Shown here: positions 27,901 to 35,315 of the stretch, one piece after another | Layout of the letters: every line of letters starts with the position of its first letter | Position numbering within the stretch: the stretch's first letter is position 1 | Source of the DNA: Minisyncoccota bacterium | Lineage (GTDB): Bacteria; Patescibacteriota; Minisyncoccia; Phycocordibacterales; UBA5272 | Length of the DNA stretch: 63,694 nucleotides | Reading direction: 5' to 3' | Assembly: GCA_041651055.1 (NCBI GenBank) | Contig: JBAZJW010000005.1 | Coordinates: 1 to 63,694 of the forward strand | Notes under the pieces: generated by a model | Databases searched by the model: none | The model's input: the letters and a program-made list of their open reading frames with translations, nothing else | Told to the model about the DNA's origin: nothing | Position numbers and translations under genes: made by a program

Positions 27901-28095
27901 GAAATTATAAGCCTGATTAAAGAATCCTGTAACGTTGCTTGGTGTTCCGAGCTTCGTGTATGTTTTTCCTACGTCGGCAGTTAGAACTCCATTGGTAGCT
28001 GAGTAGTATTGTATTAGTCCATCTGTTAATGCTCCCATAACTGAACTCGACAACATAAAAACAACAATGAACCAAAATAAAATTTTAAATTTCAT
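21913..28095 (-). CDS. Giant (2060 aa) secreted LamG/concanavalin-like domain protein, extremely rich in N-x-S/T sequons (adhesin/fibre-like)
   Basis: N-terminal signal-like MKFKILFWFIVVFMLSSSVMGAL. LamG pattern ...TVSVWVNKHG...WNHILVIIDG...CKLYLNGV...FQGTIDEFAQWNRTLNATEISNMYN. Sequons occur throughout. Confidence 0.8.
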   Translation of the reverse strand: MKFKILFWFIVVFMLSSSVMGALTDGLIQYYSATNGVLTADVGKTYTKLGTPSNVTGFFNQAYNFTAIDQRFNHSANAQTTNTTVSVWVNKHGIGGWTTAGYNAIVASSSNGAWAAGDWAIMTRGTATENLTVNLNTGGGLFTYGSVLSNNSWNHILVIIDGTAGTCKLYLNGVLQSTLTDANIIRAWPTLNYLAIWSIRNNDWFQGTIDEFAQWNRTLNATEISNMYNSGAGFAYPFDYLFPTIDNSTYNLTSASSGQNSTAWRNGNEATSILTIDTTPTVTFNTIQNAYCRINKEDQNWTTMGTSRNCSTTGTNSHVCTLAAGDALVSSSDKLFIACIDGTLNVETESSTSGLLNITLGSIPEVTIISPENDTIANENIQWAYINATDNIYATLNCSLLINGTIYNTNDSVLNNTPTNISSNTTLSDGYYYFWVACINDGITGTSLNYSITKDTNAPYFENAKNTSNDTFKYNSSLITNITITDTIGNISYYIFASNISGIMTNSSSVINNTAASINVSVTSILNITHKPEVCWKFWANDSNFGHSNESEEYCIQMTDTLPVVTNVNITPTTAYYDTVLIPNYTITDVDEDAETDSYFTWFINDVYNSSGLANSTNITTLTNVRKDSMVIIQITPQNGTHNGTAINSSAIRILNSLAVVNTSRILPDPAYTNSSLTGYCNATDVDGDIIDWFYYEWFNDDGLNSSGSINYTSIGNYTYDNFDDSVVNTTLWGDAPVGTSTLSEGLNVLNSSVVNPGGDGASTILGGVKQLISFTTLSNAPDAINVTIKNMTVLAAAVLNSNSYAYTQISNGTDNICAMGGIALCSGTPGCSVQYLVDYIDLLIVINTTADTVYVYNNTDELLCADTLSGDIYIQTEQQADDGGSDGSGSTRVTFAEVNYTSKLPFQESVEYAINTISSQAVDTNWTFSCLASNITANSSWLNSSVVTVYPTNPILVSAPEFNLTTVYTNSYLGANTSYYNYYSRLGNITFFWYINDTYIFSESFNNTVAGTILNSSLDNSYFSKTDKINVSVQAIDELFSSPYNYSEQITVSNSVPNVTIVNMTNNTATTNNTLSVDFEADDIDSDILNCSIFVNGTNYGFNDSVDVSVYSTLVANSTIDDGQWAFWINCSDGTDSANSQNMTIIIDNNPPSLVINSPANETAYANTSYEVVFNYTASDAYSFGNCTLYINNNSNTTNTSSGNATFTLLLTTGTYYWYINCTDTSGNINYSAERILGLFTLVFKIEDYNTTKKWEMFTTPIINLSSDGYASTFCIDISLKDYGINYTCGTLPLYYNFTIPYVETTEFSTGVSEINITDNGTFEFNTKNWSELTGVTVDIYAYDTTLDTTLDSDNDNNTQVTFRGYLNNNTLVENRWYDNTTTLTDVDFTATSTYTTYIRLSSAASMQDNITFWVNATASNPIELDYLELWYNDSYFDDTNNGSYYSTSLPTFVFDDMTSDVSGRWNYNEGGEGIAEWDSNETIYTLSSATAYSDGSYIDTAQQYAHLNSKGLDFNTKTRVDIYYNMSCSAYGYESNGCWGNFGSGIGIASINLVTNAAGTLPNTEVISLSCYGSSSSTSSGVLSFRYNASDITQLYVYKDGVFLKTVANPGSGTNIKGYSFGYADGYGADCGFGGGTGVGYVYFYQINYSGAGINYSQTDNHWLDNQTSAEAFSDIILSSDEDIVNVYPDFSELQPAGSDVRLYVSADNGTNWQEATDESFLTFSNPGKYLRYKINMTNTQTELPVGMYYVDLQVSSDSVSDLGVKVGTNISYQFNVSGDLNNSTTPTVVTLDSDIFNNYLQSSTCNTTTTCDVPIIFDILSTSKGYLTFWNLTATGTLADVSLNYSSFNLSNCSTEDCNKSIAVNNSNTTIQFSDLRVKYRGTGNITITGHNDEYSESQTMMIYYSPFSVEFVPTGITYMLFNPMSSSQKNVSPHGQVMSRFKNLSIQNVSSSAFDHNIDLYLQTNATDGYINTTNMTNSTTMYIMNQTTKLASSTVVLNYSRQAFMQNVTNSSEYPVYILADFYNVSGRPYYAWWNWWTSYCSDSGDGYGGCVVID

Positions 28096-29111
28096 TGTTG
28101 TACCTCTAATTTATGAACAGGTAAAATATAACTTTTATTTATCCATTCTATTATCCCATTTTTACAAATTATTTGTTCGTCAAATATTTTACAGCACGTT
28201 TCACCACCACTAGAAGAACATGCACCATCACAATTACCATCAATACATGAATCACAAATAACCCCATCATGATTTTCAGAACACATATATCCCTGTTTTT
28301 TAAAGTCAACTGTTTTATTATTAACAGTTAATATTTCTGAACAATTTTGCTTTATTGATGATATTATTTTTATTTCATCACCAAGATATATAAGTTCATC
28401 TTCAATAATACTACCATTGTCAGTAGATTTATTTACTATTATGTGTTCATATTGTGGTATAGTTTCATTATAATATGTTGTCACACCGATGCAATTCTTT
28501 ATTATTTTTTTCTGTGGATTATTCATTTCTATGTTAAAAATTTCATCGTTAATAATAGGCTTGTACTTTATTGTAAGCTTATCCTCTCCAACTAACTGAC
28601 GTACTTTTGCATAATAAGCTCCATTTTGCCATATTATTCTTATATTATGACCAAAATTTTCAGGACTAATAGCATCTCTTGTTGCTTCAGTGAATCCTTC
28701 AAGATTAGAATATTCTACCTGCAATATTTTTCCTTTGCAGTTCAAGCATCTTATAATGCTGCTAAGGGAGACAAAGTCAACCTTGTCCAGCATAGGATTG
28801 AAAACATAAGTTTGCTGTACAGTAATATTTGAAGCGTAAGTAACATTTCTTATAAGATGAAATTCAGTTTCTGAAATATTCTCATAGCCATGGCTTCTTG
28901 ACTTTGCTGTCATGAGCTTTGAACCATTGTAAAGTTTGACAGTTTCTGTTGCTCCGAGTTCCCACGAAGAATCTTCCCAAACGTAAAGCTTTGTGTTCGT
29001 GTCACTAACAACTATCTTAGCACCTTCAGGAAGCATAATGTATATTGAGACACTAAGTATAGTTAAGATTAAAAATCCTATTGTTATTTTTGTTGTATTT
29101 CCCATGGTCAA
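28092..29111 (-). CDS. Membrane-anchored/secreted Cys-rich protein (339 aa)
   Basis: N-terminal hydrophobic ITIGFLILTILSVSIYIML. C-terminal CSENHDGVICDSCIDGNCDGACSSSGGETCC. Confidence 0.6.
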   Translation of the reverse strand: MTMGNTTKITIGFLILTILSVSIYIMLPEGAKIVVSDTNTKLYVWEDSSWELGATETVKLYNGSKLMTAKSRSHGYENISETEFHLIRNVTYASNITVQQTYVFNPMLDKVDFVSLSSIIRCLNCKGKILQVEYSNLEGFTEATRDAISPENFGHNIRIIWQNGAYYAKVRQLVGEDKLTIKYKPIINDEIFNIEMNNPQKKIIKNCIGVTTYYNETIPQYEHIIVNKSTDNGSIIEDELIYLGDEIKIISSIKQNCSEILTVNNKTVDFKKQGYMCSENHDGVICDSCIDGNCDGACSSSGGETCCKIFDEQIICKNGIIEWINKSYILPVHKLEVQQ

Positions 29112-29479
29112 TCATATTGGTCTTGGATAATCGTCATATTGTAGCGAAGATTAGTTACTGTTGCAGCAGTTTTTGAATCATCAAAAAATGTTAAGTCTTC
29201 AACAATATAATTGCCATTACGTTCTGAATTACCGTCAGTATAAGCATGTTTAAGACCATCTCGTAATGCTCGTAAATCAGTGCGTGCTGAATCAATAGTT
29301 GTTGCGCTGCCAATTATTATTCCACTGATAACAAATCTAAAGTCCCAAGCGTCAGCAAACACCTCGTTCATCACAAGTCTTTTTCCAAGTAATTGTTTTC
29401 GAGTAGCAGGCACTGATGTTTCTAAAATATTTTCAGCATAGATAGTTACGCCGCCGAATGTTATTGTTGTATATGCCAT
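29108..29479 (-). CDS. Small tail protein following the tape measure (123 aa)
   Basis: Called from position. ATGA-type overlaps on both sides. Confidence 0.45.
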   Translation of the reverse strand: MAYTTITFGGVTIYAENILETSVPATRKQLLGKRLVMNEVFADAWDFRFVISGIIIGSATTIDSARTDLRALRDGLKHAYTDGNSERNGNYIVEDLTFFDDSKTAATVTNLRYNMTIIQDQYD

Positions 29480-31188
29480 TATGCTACACCTGTCACTCTC
29501 TTAGATTTTGATGAATTGTCAGTGGTGTAATAATTGTTAGTGACATTTCCACTATGAAGTGCAGGGTTGTAACCACTTCTTTTTGCAGATTCTGTTTGTG
29601 TCATATAAGTCTGTGTGCCTATATCCCAAACAACATTGCTTTGACTAGGGTCTCCTGTACTACTTCCTGAGCCACCTTTGTATGAAACGCCACCACTGCT
29701 TCCTCTTGAACTCTTACTACCACCTGAGCCACCTGACATTGCAACTTGAGCCTTGACCATTGCCTCAACGACCTTTCTTGTTTGGCTGTCTAATTGTTCT
29801 AAGCAGTTGCTGTAGCTTTCTTGCGCAGTGGTTGCTTTTATGACTGCCTTGACGTCAGCGTCCTTAGATATTATTCCTTCTTGGTAAAGCACTGTCATTG
29901 ACTTGACAGTTTCTCCCATGAGATACTCATTGTCCATAAGGTTAATCTTGGCTTCCTCGCTTTTCTTTATTGTGCGAGTGTCCGAGTCTATGGCTTCGGT
30001 GTGCTGCGTTGTCACGTCAGTACCTGTACCTCCACCGACACTTCCGCCACCAATGGTTGCTGCTCCGTTGAGTCCAGGAATGGCATTGCCCGTTACTGCT
30101 CCACCTGCTGCTTTTTCTGCCTGAATCTGTCCGTACTCTGCAGCCGTCATGAGTTTTCCACCAAAAGAACTTCCGCCTACACGCATTGCGTCCTCAGCGG
30201 AATATCCTGCATTAATGTAATCATTTATGTTAGCCCTTTTTGCTGCACTCATCTTGATGTCAGCAAAACTATCCGCAGTGAAAACATCTTTGGCAAGTCC
30301 TATAACATTACCAAGTTTTGCTCCAAGGTCACCGACCTTGTCAATCACCCATCCTATTCCTGTGAGCATTCCTGATAATACTTTGCCAGCAGCCTGCCCC
30401 AATGCTATCCAATCATCTTTGTGTTCTATCAATACATCAGCCAACTCAGTTAGAGTGGGAATTAATTCATTGCCTACCTGCACTTTAAGGTCTGAGAATT
30501 GTTTGTTAACCTTGGCAAGTTTTACAGAAAGACTTTCCTCAAATACAAGTCCGTTGTCTTCAATTGTTTTCTTCATGCCTTCAAGAGTAGCTTGCAAGAA
30601 TGCTTCTTTCTTTTGAGTTTCAGTAAGTGCTGCTGCCACTGTGCCGTGAACATTTGCATAATTTTGGTATGCTGCTTCTGCGTCCACTATTATTCCCAAG
30701 TTATCTAGTATAAGTTTGCTTTGTCTACCAACACCTAACGTTATGTCCCCAACTGCTTCCGTTACTGACCTTCCAGTGAGCTGTCCAAGAATCGCTGCTC
30801 GCTCAAAAAATTCAGGAAGCTTGTTCTGTTCAATTCCTAACGCAAGTGCCTTGTTAGCACTGGACATAAGTTCAAAATCTGTGACTGTCTCATGAGTTGC
30901 GTTGTTTAAAGAAACTAACAAGTCGTCACTGTTCTGTGCCATCTTCTTGAACTGTGCTGTCATTACTTCTGCATTAGCAGCAGCCTTAACGCTGGAAACT
31001 CCGAAGGTAAAAAGTCCTGCAGCTGCTGCTGTCAGTGCAATTCCTCCAACCCTTGCAGCCATGCCAAGCTTGGTCATGCCAGTTTCTGCCCTGTTAAAAG
31101 TGTCCGAGAATTGGTCGTACGCCTTGATGACTATTCCAACAGTGGCTCCGCCTACAATACCACTCATTAACGAATCACCAAGTCCCAT
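29479..31188 (-). CDS. Tail tape measure protein
   Basis: 569 aa, helical and Ala/Gly-rich with hydrophobic segments and Gly/Ser tracts. It follows the frameshifted chaperone. Confidence 0.75.
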   Translation of the reverse strand: MGLGDSLMSGIVGGATVGIVIKAYDQFSDTFNRAETGMTKLGMAARVGGIALTAAAAGLFTFGVSSVKAAANAEVMTAQFKKMAQNSDDLLVSLNNATHETVTDFELMSSANKALALGIEQNKLPEFFERAAILGQLTGRSVTEAVGDITLGVGRQSKLILDNLGIIVDAEAAYQNYANVHGTVAAALTETQKKEAFLQATLEGMKKTIEDNGLVFEESLSVKLAKVNKQFSDLKVQVGNELIPTLTELADVLIEHKDDWIALGQAAGKVLSGMLTGIGWVIDKVGDLGAKLGNVIGLAKDVFTADSFADIKMSAAKRANINDYINAGYSAEDAMRVGGSSFGGKLMTAAEYGQIQAEKAAGGAVTGNAIPGLNGAATIGGGSVGGGTGTDVTTQHTEAIDSDTRTIKKSEEAKINLMDNEYLMGETVKSMTVLYQEGIISKDADVKAVIKATTAQESYSNCLEQLDSQTRKVVEAMVKAQVAMSGGSGGSKSSRGSSGGVSYKGGSGSSTGDPSQSNVVWDIGTQTYMTQTESAKRSGYNPALHSGNVTNNYYTTDNSSKSKRVTGVA

Positions 31189-31193
31189 TTTGT

Positions 31194-31364
31194 TTATCTC
31201 CTTGCACTTTCGTAAGCTGCTGCTTTTTCTTCTTCACGCTTAATAAAAGCGTCAATTAAATAATTTATTTCTCGGTACGTGAGCTTTCCTATGTTGAAGA
31301 AGTTGTACCCGTGCTCGTGGAGGAACAGGATTGTTTGTTGTTCTCCATTAGTGGTTTTTTTTTT
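31194..31364 (-). CDS. -1 frame extension of the tail chaperone (GT-like product)
   Basis: Hand translation after a -1 slip in TTAAAAAAAAAACC gives TTNGEQQTILFLHEHGYNFFNIGKLTYREINYLIDAFIKREEEKAAAYESARR*. It stops 5 nt before the tape measure ATG. Confidence 0.6.
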   Translation of the reverse strand, partial: KKKTTNGEQQTILFLHEHGYNFFNIGKLTYREINYLIDAFIKREEEKAAAYESARR

Positions 31365-31801
31365 AACAACCATTCTTCAGCTTCTGTGAGCTTTACTTTG
31401 TCCTGCTCCACAGAAGGCTTTTGCTCAACGTCTAAGGAAACTGCTGTGAGCGCAGTTGATATTGCACTCATTGTTCCAGGCTTCATTGCTGCGTAGTCTT
31501 TCTCAAAGGAAATTTTTGGTTCCACAAGGTGTTCATCCAGTATTATCTTGTCTTGTTCTTTTGCTGGAAGTCCTATGAGTTCGAGCCACTTGCCACGAGG
31601 CGCAGGTATCATCTTCACATAAGGAGCAGATGACACCAAGACTTTTTCTTTAATCTTCTTGCCTTCGGGATATTCTTCCGTTGGAGGCAATGTTTTGTCC
31701 ACATAAGCAAAACGTTCCAGCATGAGCAACGGAACGTCCACTGGCAGTAACTGTTCTTTGTCATTCCTTTGAAACAGTGCAGTTTCTTTTGTTAAATACA
31801 T
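31289..31801 (-). CDS. Tail assembly chaperone (G-like, zero-frame product)
   Basis: It lies between the tube and tape measure genes. It contains the A10 slippery run at 31355..31364. Confidence 0.65.
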   Translation of the reverse strand: MYLTKETALFQRNDKEQLLPVDVPLLMLERFAYVDKTLPPTEEYPEGKKIKEKVLVSSAPYVKMIPAPRGKWLELIGLPAKEQDKIILDEHLVEPKISFEKDYAAMKPGTMSAISTALTAVSLDVEQKPSVEQDKVKLTEAEEWLLKKKPLMENNKQSCSSTSTGTTSST

Positions 31802-31820
31802 TTAATCCACCCCCAAATAT

Positions 31821-32804
31821 TTACCACGGATTGTACTTGACCACAGTGTCCGAAGCAACTGCTGAGCAGACCTTTGGCTTTATTGTTATGGTCTGTTCTT
31901 GTCCACCGCTGAATGTTGAAGGGTCGTCCATGGTTGGAATGTTGCATCCACTGAACGTCATGTTCAAGTACCTTGTTGCTGTTGGAGCAATTCGGAAGAA
32001 CATATTGAAGTCACTTCCGCCCTTGTAGTACTGGTCGTACAATGTCTTCGCCCAAGTGGTGTTAGCGTCAACCTTGAGTTCTACACTGTACTCACGATTC
32101 GTGGGGTACGGCAATGTCACATACGGGCTTCCGTTAATCCATGGTTCAGCCACAATTCCATTTGATATTTTTATTGTTGCTGAGTTTATCTCATTCATCA
32201 CTGTACCACTAGGCAGGCTGAACTGTGCATGCTGAGAAAGGTACGGCAGAGTTGTCGAAGCAGTCACTGTGGTTGCAGCTCCTGAGCCGTAGCCAACGTA
32301 CTGTGCCTTTGTCGCAATGTCTAACTTGACAGCGTCTCCTCTTGGAAGTGACATGGTGAACTCGTCAATCATGTTTCCATATGCTGTCTTGACATGATTA
32401 AGTCCTGTGTCACTGAATCTCTTAGCGTCTTCCAGTGTGAAGCTGTTGAAAGGAGCAGTTGTTCCTGACGTGAACGCATTGCTGCTGTTGTTGTTAGTCT
32501 CACTCATTACGTGAGTACTTGCTGTTCCAGAAGTATCAACGCAGCTTCCTAGAGCAAACGCAAGCATTCTCCAGTCTTGAGGATAACAACTGAATGCTGC
32601 ACTCGCTCGAGTGAGCGTTGGCACGTGCTGTGCAACGTTCCTTGATGCACCTTGCGTGTACCTGACATGCATTACTCCAGTTTCTTCTTTGATGTTCATA
32701 TTCTGAACCATTCCTAACCACTGCCCAGTTCCGCTCGCAGCAGCGTATGTTCCTGACTCAAAAATCATCGCAGATTGTGTTTGGTCTCCAACCATTCTTG
32801 CCAT
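31821..32804 (-). CDS. Major tail (tube) protein
   Basis: 327 aa, immediately upstream of chaperone/TMP, in the canonical siphovirus order. Confidence 0.55.
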   Translation of the reverse strand: MARMVGDQTQSAMIFESGTYAAASGTGQWLGMVQNMNIKEETGVMHVRYTQGASRNVAQHVPTLTRASAAFSCYPQDWRMLAFALGSCVDTSGTASTHVMSETNNNSSNAFTSGTTAPFNSFTLEDAKRFSDTGLNHVKTAYGNMIDEFTMSLPRGDAVKLDIATKAQYVGYGSGAATTVTASTTLPYLSQHAQFSLPSGTVMNEINSATIKISNGIVAEPWINGSPYVTLPYPTNREYSVELKVDANTTWAKTLYDQYYKGGSDFNMFFRIAPTATRYLNMTFSGCNIPTMDDPSTFSGGQEQTITIKPKVCSAVASDTVVKYNPW

Positions 32805-32819
32805 TTTCCTACACCTCGT

Positions 32820-33278
32820 TTATGCATTACTTGTGACAAACTTGTGAGTCACAGTAAATATTCCACTATGTATTCCATGTTCTCCTTCCTCATCGACAGG
32901 CACAAATGACGATACAGCAAAATCGTAAAGATTTCCTGGAATGCTTCCGCCTGAGCCTGTTTGTTTAGTCCGAAGATAATTAAATACTGAATCAGAAAGT
33001 ACGTCACGCTGCTCGACAGACTGTGACCATATTCTAATTTCGGTCGTGATTATTGTCCACATGTCAGTAGTGTTCTGCCCTGCGCTGTTAGCTTTGAATC
33101 CTATGTTGCGGACTGTGATGACAGGGTACAAAACATTCCTGTTAGGGTACGATGTCATTATGAATTTTAGGTTTCCAGTTCTTTTGGAAGATATGGGGTC
33201 TGTTACTCCGCTGTTCAGAAGAAGGTCACGTATGAGCAATACAGTGTCGTGAATTATTGTACTATTTCCCACAGCCAT
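32820..33278 (-). CDS. Tail terminator/completion-like protein
   Basis: Called from position. It is the first gene behind late promoter copy 1. Confidence 0.4.
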   Translation of the reverse strand: MAVGNSTIIHDTVLLIRDLLLNSGVTDPISSKRTGNLKFIMTSYPNRNVLYPVITVRNIGFKANSAGQNTTDMWTIITTEIRIWSQSVEQRDVLSDSVFNYLRTKQTGSGGSIPGNLYDFAVSSFVPVDEEGEHGIHSGIFTVTHKFVTSNA

Positions 33279-33333
33279 GGTTTACCCTTCGTCTGCAGCC
33301 ACAGACAACCTATCTCTATCTTACCTATACAAG

Positions 33334-33361
33334 CATTTAAACTTTAAGTTGTGCTATATAG
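33334..33361 (-). promoter_or_regulatory. Late promoter, copy 1
   Basis: The minus strand reads CTATATAGCACAACTTAAAGTTTAAATG. Confidence 0.7.
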
Positions 33362-33781
33362 TTAAGTCCTATAATCTTGAGCCTCTAAGCCCGTTGTAGA
33401 GGCTTTGAATTTTTGGTTAAGCCTATCCGCTATTATCTCATTAATCCTGTCCCTATTGCGCTCTAAACTGTTCCAGAAGTGCCTTCTAGGGCTTAGTCTG
33501 GACGTGCCATACTCTAAGAAGGGAGCGTATTCTACGTTGGTATGAACGTGACCTACACCCAGGTTCACGGTAGATTGAACGCTCTGCATGAAGCGTCCTG
33601 TATCAACGCTCCTTGTTTCAGACTTGGCACCTGAAATGCTCTTGACAATTTCTCCTTGCAGAAACATGGTTGCCTGAGACACGCCCTCATTAAGCTCCTT
33701 CTCAACACGCTTCAGTTCTTTATTCAAGAAAGAAATGGCTGCTGCCACACCCACAGTTTCAATGCCAACGTTACCTGCCAT
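33362..33781 (-). CDS. HK97 gp10-like head-tail connector protein
   Basis: VEYAPFLEYGTSRLSPRRHFW resembles the gp10-family signature. Confidence 0.55.
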   Translation of the reverse strand: MAGNVGIETVGVAAAISFLNKELKRVEKELNEGVSQATMFLQGEIVKSISGAKSETRSVDTGRFMQSVQSTVNLGVGHVHTNVEYAPFLEYGTSRLSPRRHFWNSLERNRDRINEIIADRLNQKFKASTTGLEAQDYRT

Positions 33782-34218
33782 CAGAACTCTCCGGGGAAGC
33801 TTCCAGTGTTCAACTTCCTGACGTAGACCTTCTTGTAAATGTCAGTGCCTTGAACGTTCTGAATTATTGCCCCGTCAGGAAGTGCTGCAAATATTTCTGT
33901 AATGGAAGTTCCACTTATGGAAATCTTGACGTGAGCACCACTGAAGTTAATTGACGGATTAAAGAACATCTTACGGTCATCAATCTGAATCTGTCCTTGC
34001 TCTAAGAGCTTGAAATCCTGACCACCAGTCCTGCCCATGCCAACAGGGAAGTCCATGGCGTAAGCATACTGAGTTGAGCCAGAAGCCGTTAAATAATTCT
34101 GGTCGTAAGCAGTGCCTGAGTAAGTTGGAGCATAATGCTTAACCTGCATTAACCTTCCATACAGCGCAACATTTCCAGAAAAATCTAAGGCAAATTGCTG
34201 ACCTATATTAAGCACCAT
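33781..34218 (-). CDS. Head closure/head-tail adaptor-like protein
   Basis: Called from position in the connector block. Confidence 0.4.
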   Translation of the reverse strand: MVLNIGQQFALDFSGNVALYGRLMQVKHYAPTYSGTAYDQNYLTASGSTQYAYAMDFPVGMGRTGGQDFKLLEQGQIQIDDRKMFFNPSINFSGAHVKISISGTSITEIFAALPDGAIIQNVQGTDIYKKVYVRKLNTGSFPGEF

Positions 34219-34229
34219 GGTCTAACAAC

Positions 34230-34400
34230 TCACTTGTGCTTGCGCTCAAGCTTTTCTTCTTTACTGTCAGCCTTGTCGAACTTGCTCTTTTCTGAAACAA
34301 GTTCATAATTGCCAGTGGCCAAAAGCCTGTCCACTTGCTCATCAGGAACGCTGATAACTTCAACATGCTGATGTGGACTGTTTCTTAGTAATTCTTTCAT
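34230..34400 (-). CDS. Hypothetical protein (56 aa)
   Basis: Hand-translated MKELLRNSPHQHVEVISVPDEQVDRLLATGNYELVSEKSKFDKADSKEEKLERKHK. Confidence 0.4.
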   Translation of the reverse strand: MKELLRNSPHQHVEVISVPDEQVDRLLATGNYELVSEKSKFDKADSKEEKLERKHK

Positions 34401-34410
34401 TAGCAACACC

Positions 34411-34791
34411 TCACAATGATTGACGATAATTTATGTTTGTTCCGAGGTCTTTAAGTTCCTCGTTGGCCTGCACTAAGTAATCATCCGCTGCAGACTTGGC
34501 ACTTGACGTCTTGCCTTTATTCAACGTAAATTCTCCTATGGTAACGGAAGCTGCGTCCGTGCCTTCAAGTTCCATACTCGATAGCACATTGGCACAAGTG
34601 AAATGCAGTATTGGTGGAATGTACTTCTCGTCCACGCTGGACAAACTAAGCGTGGCTCCAGTGTACCTTTGAACCCTGAGCCTAGCCATGTCAATAGTGT
34701 TCGTCATGTTAGTTCCACTTATGCGCTCAGGAACGTCAGGAATCTCAATATGAACCTGCGCTATGAACGAACCAGTATTCCAATTTGCCAT
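34411..34791 (-). CDS. Head-tail connector (gp6-like) protein
   Basis: Called from position. 126 aa. Confidence 0.4.
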   Translation of the reverse strand: MANWNTGSFIAQVHIEIPDVPERISGTNMTNTIDMARLRVQRYTGATLSLSSVDEKYIPPILHFTCANVLSSMELEGTDAASVTIGEFTLNKGKTSSAKSAADDYLVQANEELKDLGTNINYRQSL

Positions 34792-35015
34792 TATCCCTTA
34801 CCCCCGAACATTGCAAACATCTTAGCACCAACCCAAACAATGAACGCTCCAAAAGTTCCAGCACAAACAGTTGCGAACCCTATGATTCCAGTGGCCTTCT
34901 GCCTGAACTCAGTGTTGAGCTTCTCTTGGCACTTGAGTTCTCTAAGGTCTTCGTGCATGATGTCTAGCTTCACACTTATTGTATCAAGAGTTATTCTTGT
35001 CATTTGGGAACACAC
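34791..35015 (-). CDS. Small protein with C-terminal transmembrane segment
   Basis: GIIGFATVCAGTFGAFIVWVGAKMFAMFGG. Confidence 0.5.
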   Translation of the reverse strand: MCSQMTRITLDTISVKLDIMHEDLRELKCQEKLNTEFRQKATGIIGFATVCAGTFGAFIVWVGAKMFAMFGGKG

Positions 35016-35314
35016 TCTTCTGCATTACAAATCCACTGCTGCACGTTGTTGCTTTCTGAGGTAAGCATAACGTCATCAATAACTAAAGCCCAGCCATTCC
35101 TGCAAAGTTTATTTCCAACTTTGGCATTTATGCACTTTCCGTTATCAAGACCATAATATTGCTGAAGACTTGTACACTGCATCACTGTCTTACTGCTGCT
35201 GCAATAATAGACATTATCATCAGTAAGCTTTATTCCACCAAGAACTATCAGTCCTGCTAGCAGAGCCGAAAGCAAACCAATGCCAATCGTTTTTTTCTCA
35301 ACCATCATAAACAC
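35000..35314 (-). CDS. Small N-terminally anchored Cys-containing protein
   Basis: IGIGLLSALLAGLIVLGGI, then 7 Cys. Confidence 0.5.
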   Translation of the reverse strand: MFMMVEKKTIGIGLLSALLAGLIVLGGIKLTDDNVYYCSSSKTVMQCTSLQQYYGLDNGKCINAKVGNKLCRNGWALVIDDVMLTSESNNVQQWICNAEECVPK

Positions 35315-35315
35315 C

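Noticed and set aside
21913-28095. Diversity-generating retroelement targeting the giant LamG protein
   Set aside because: I found no reverse transcriptase (no YxDD-type ORF) and no non-coding template-repeat region next to the gene. I could not do exhaustive repeat matching by eye.
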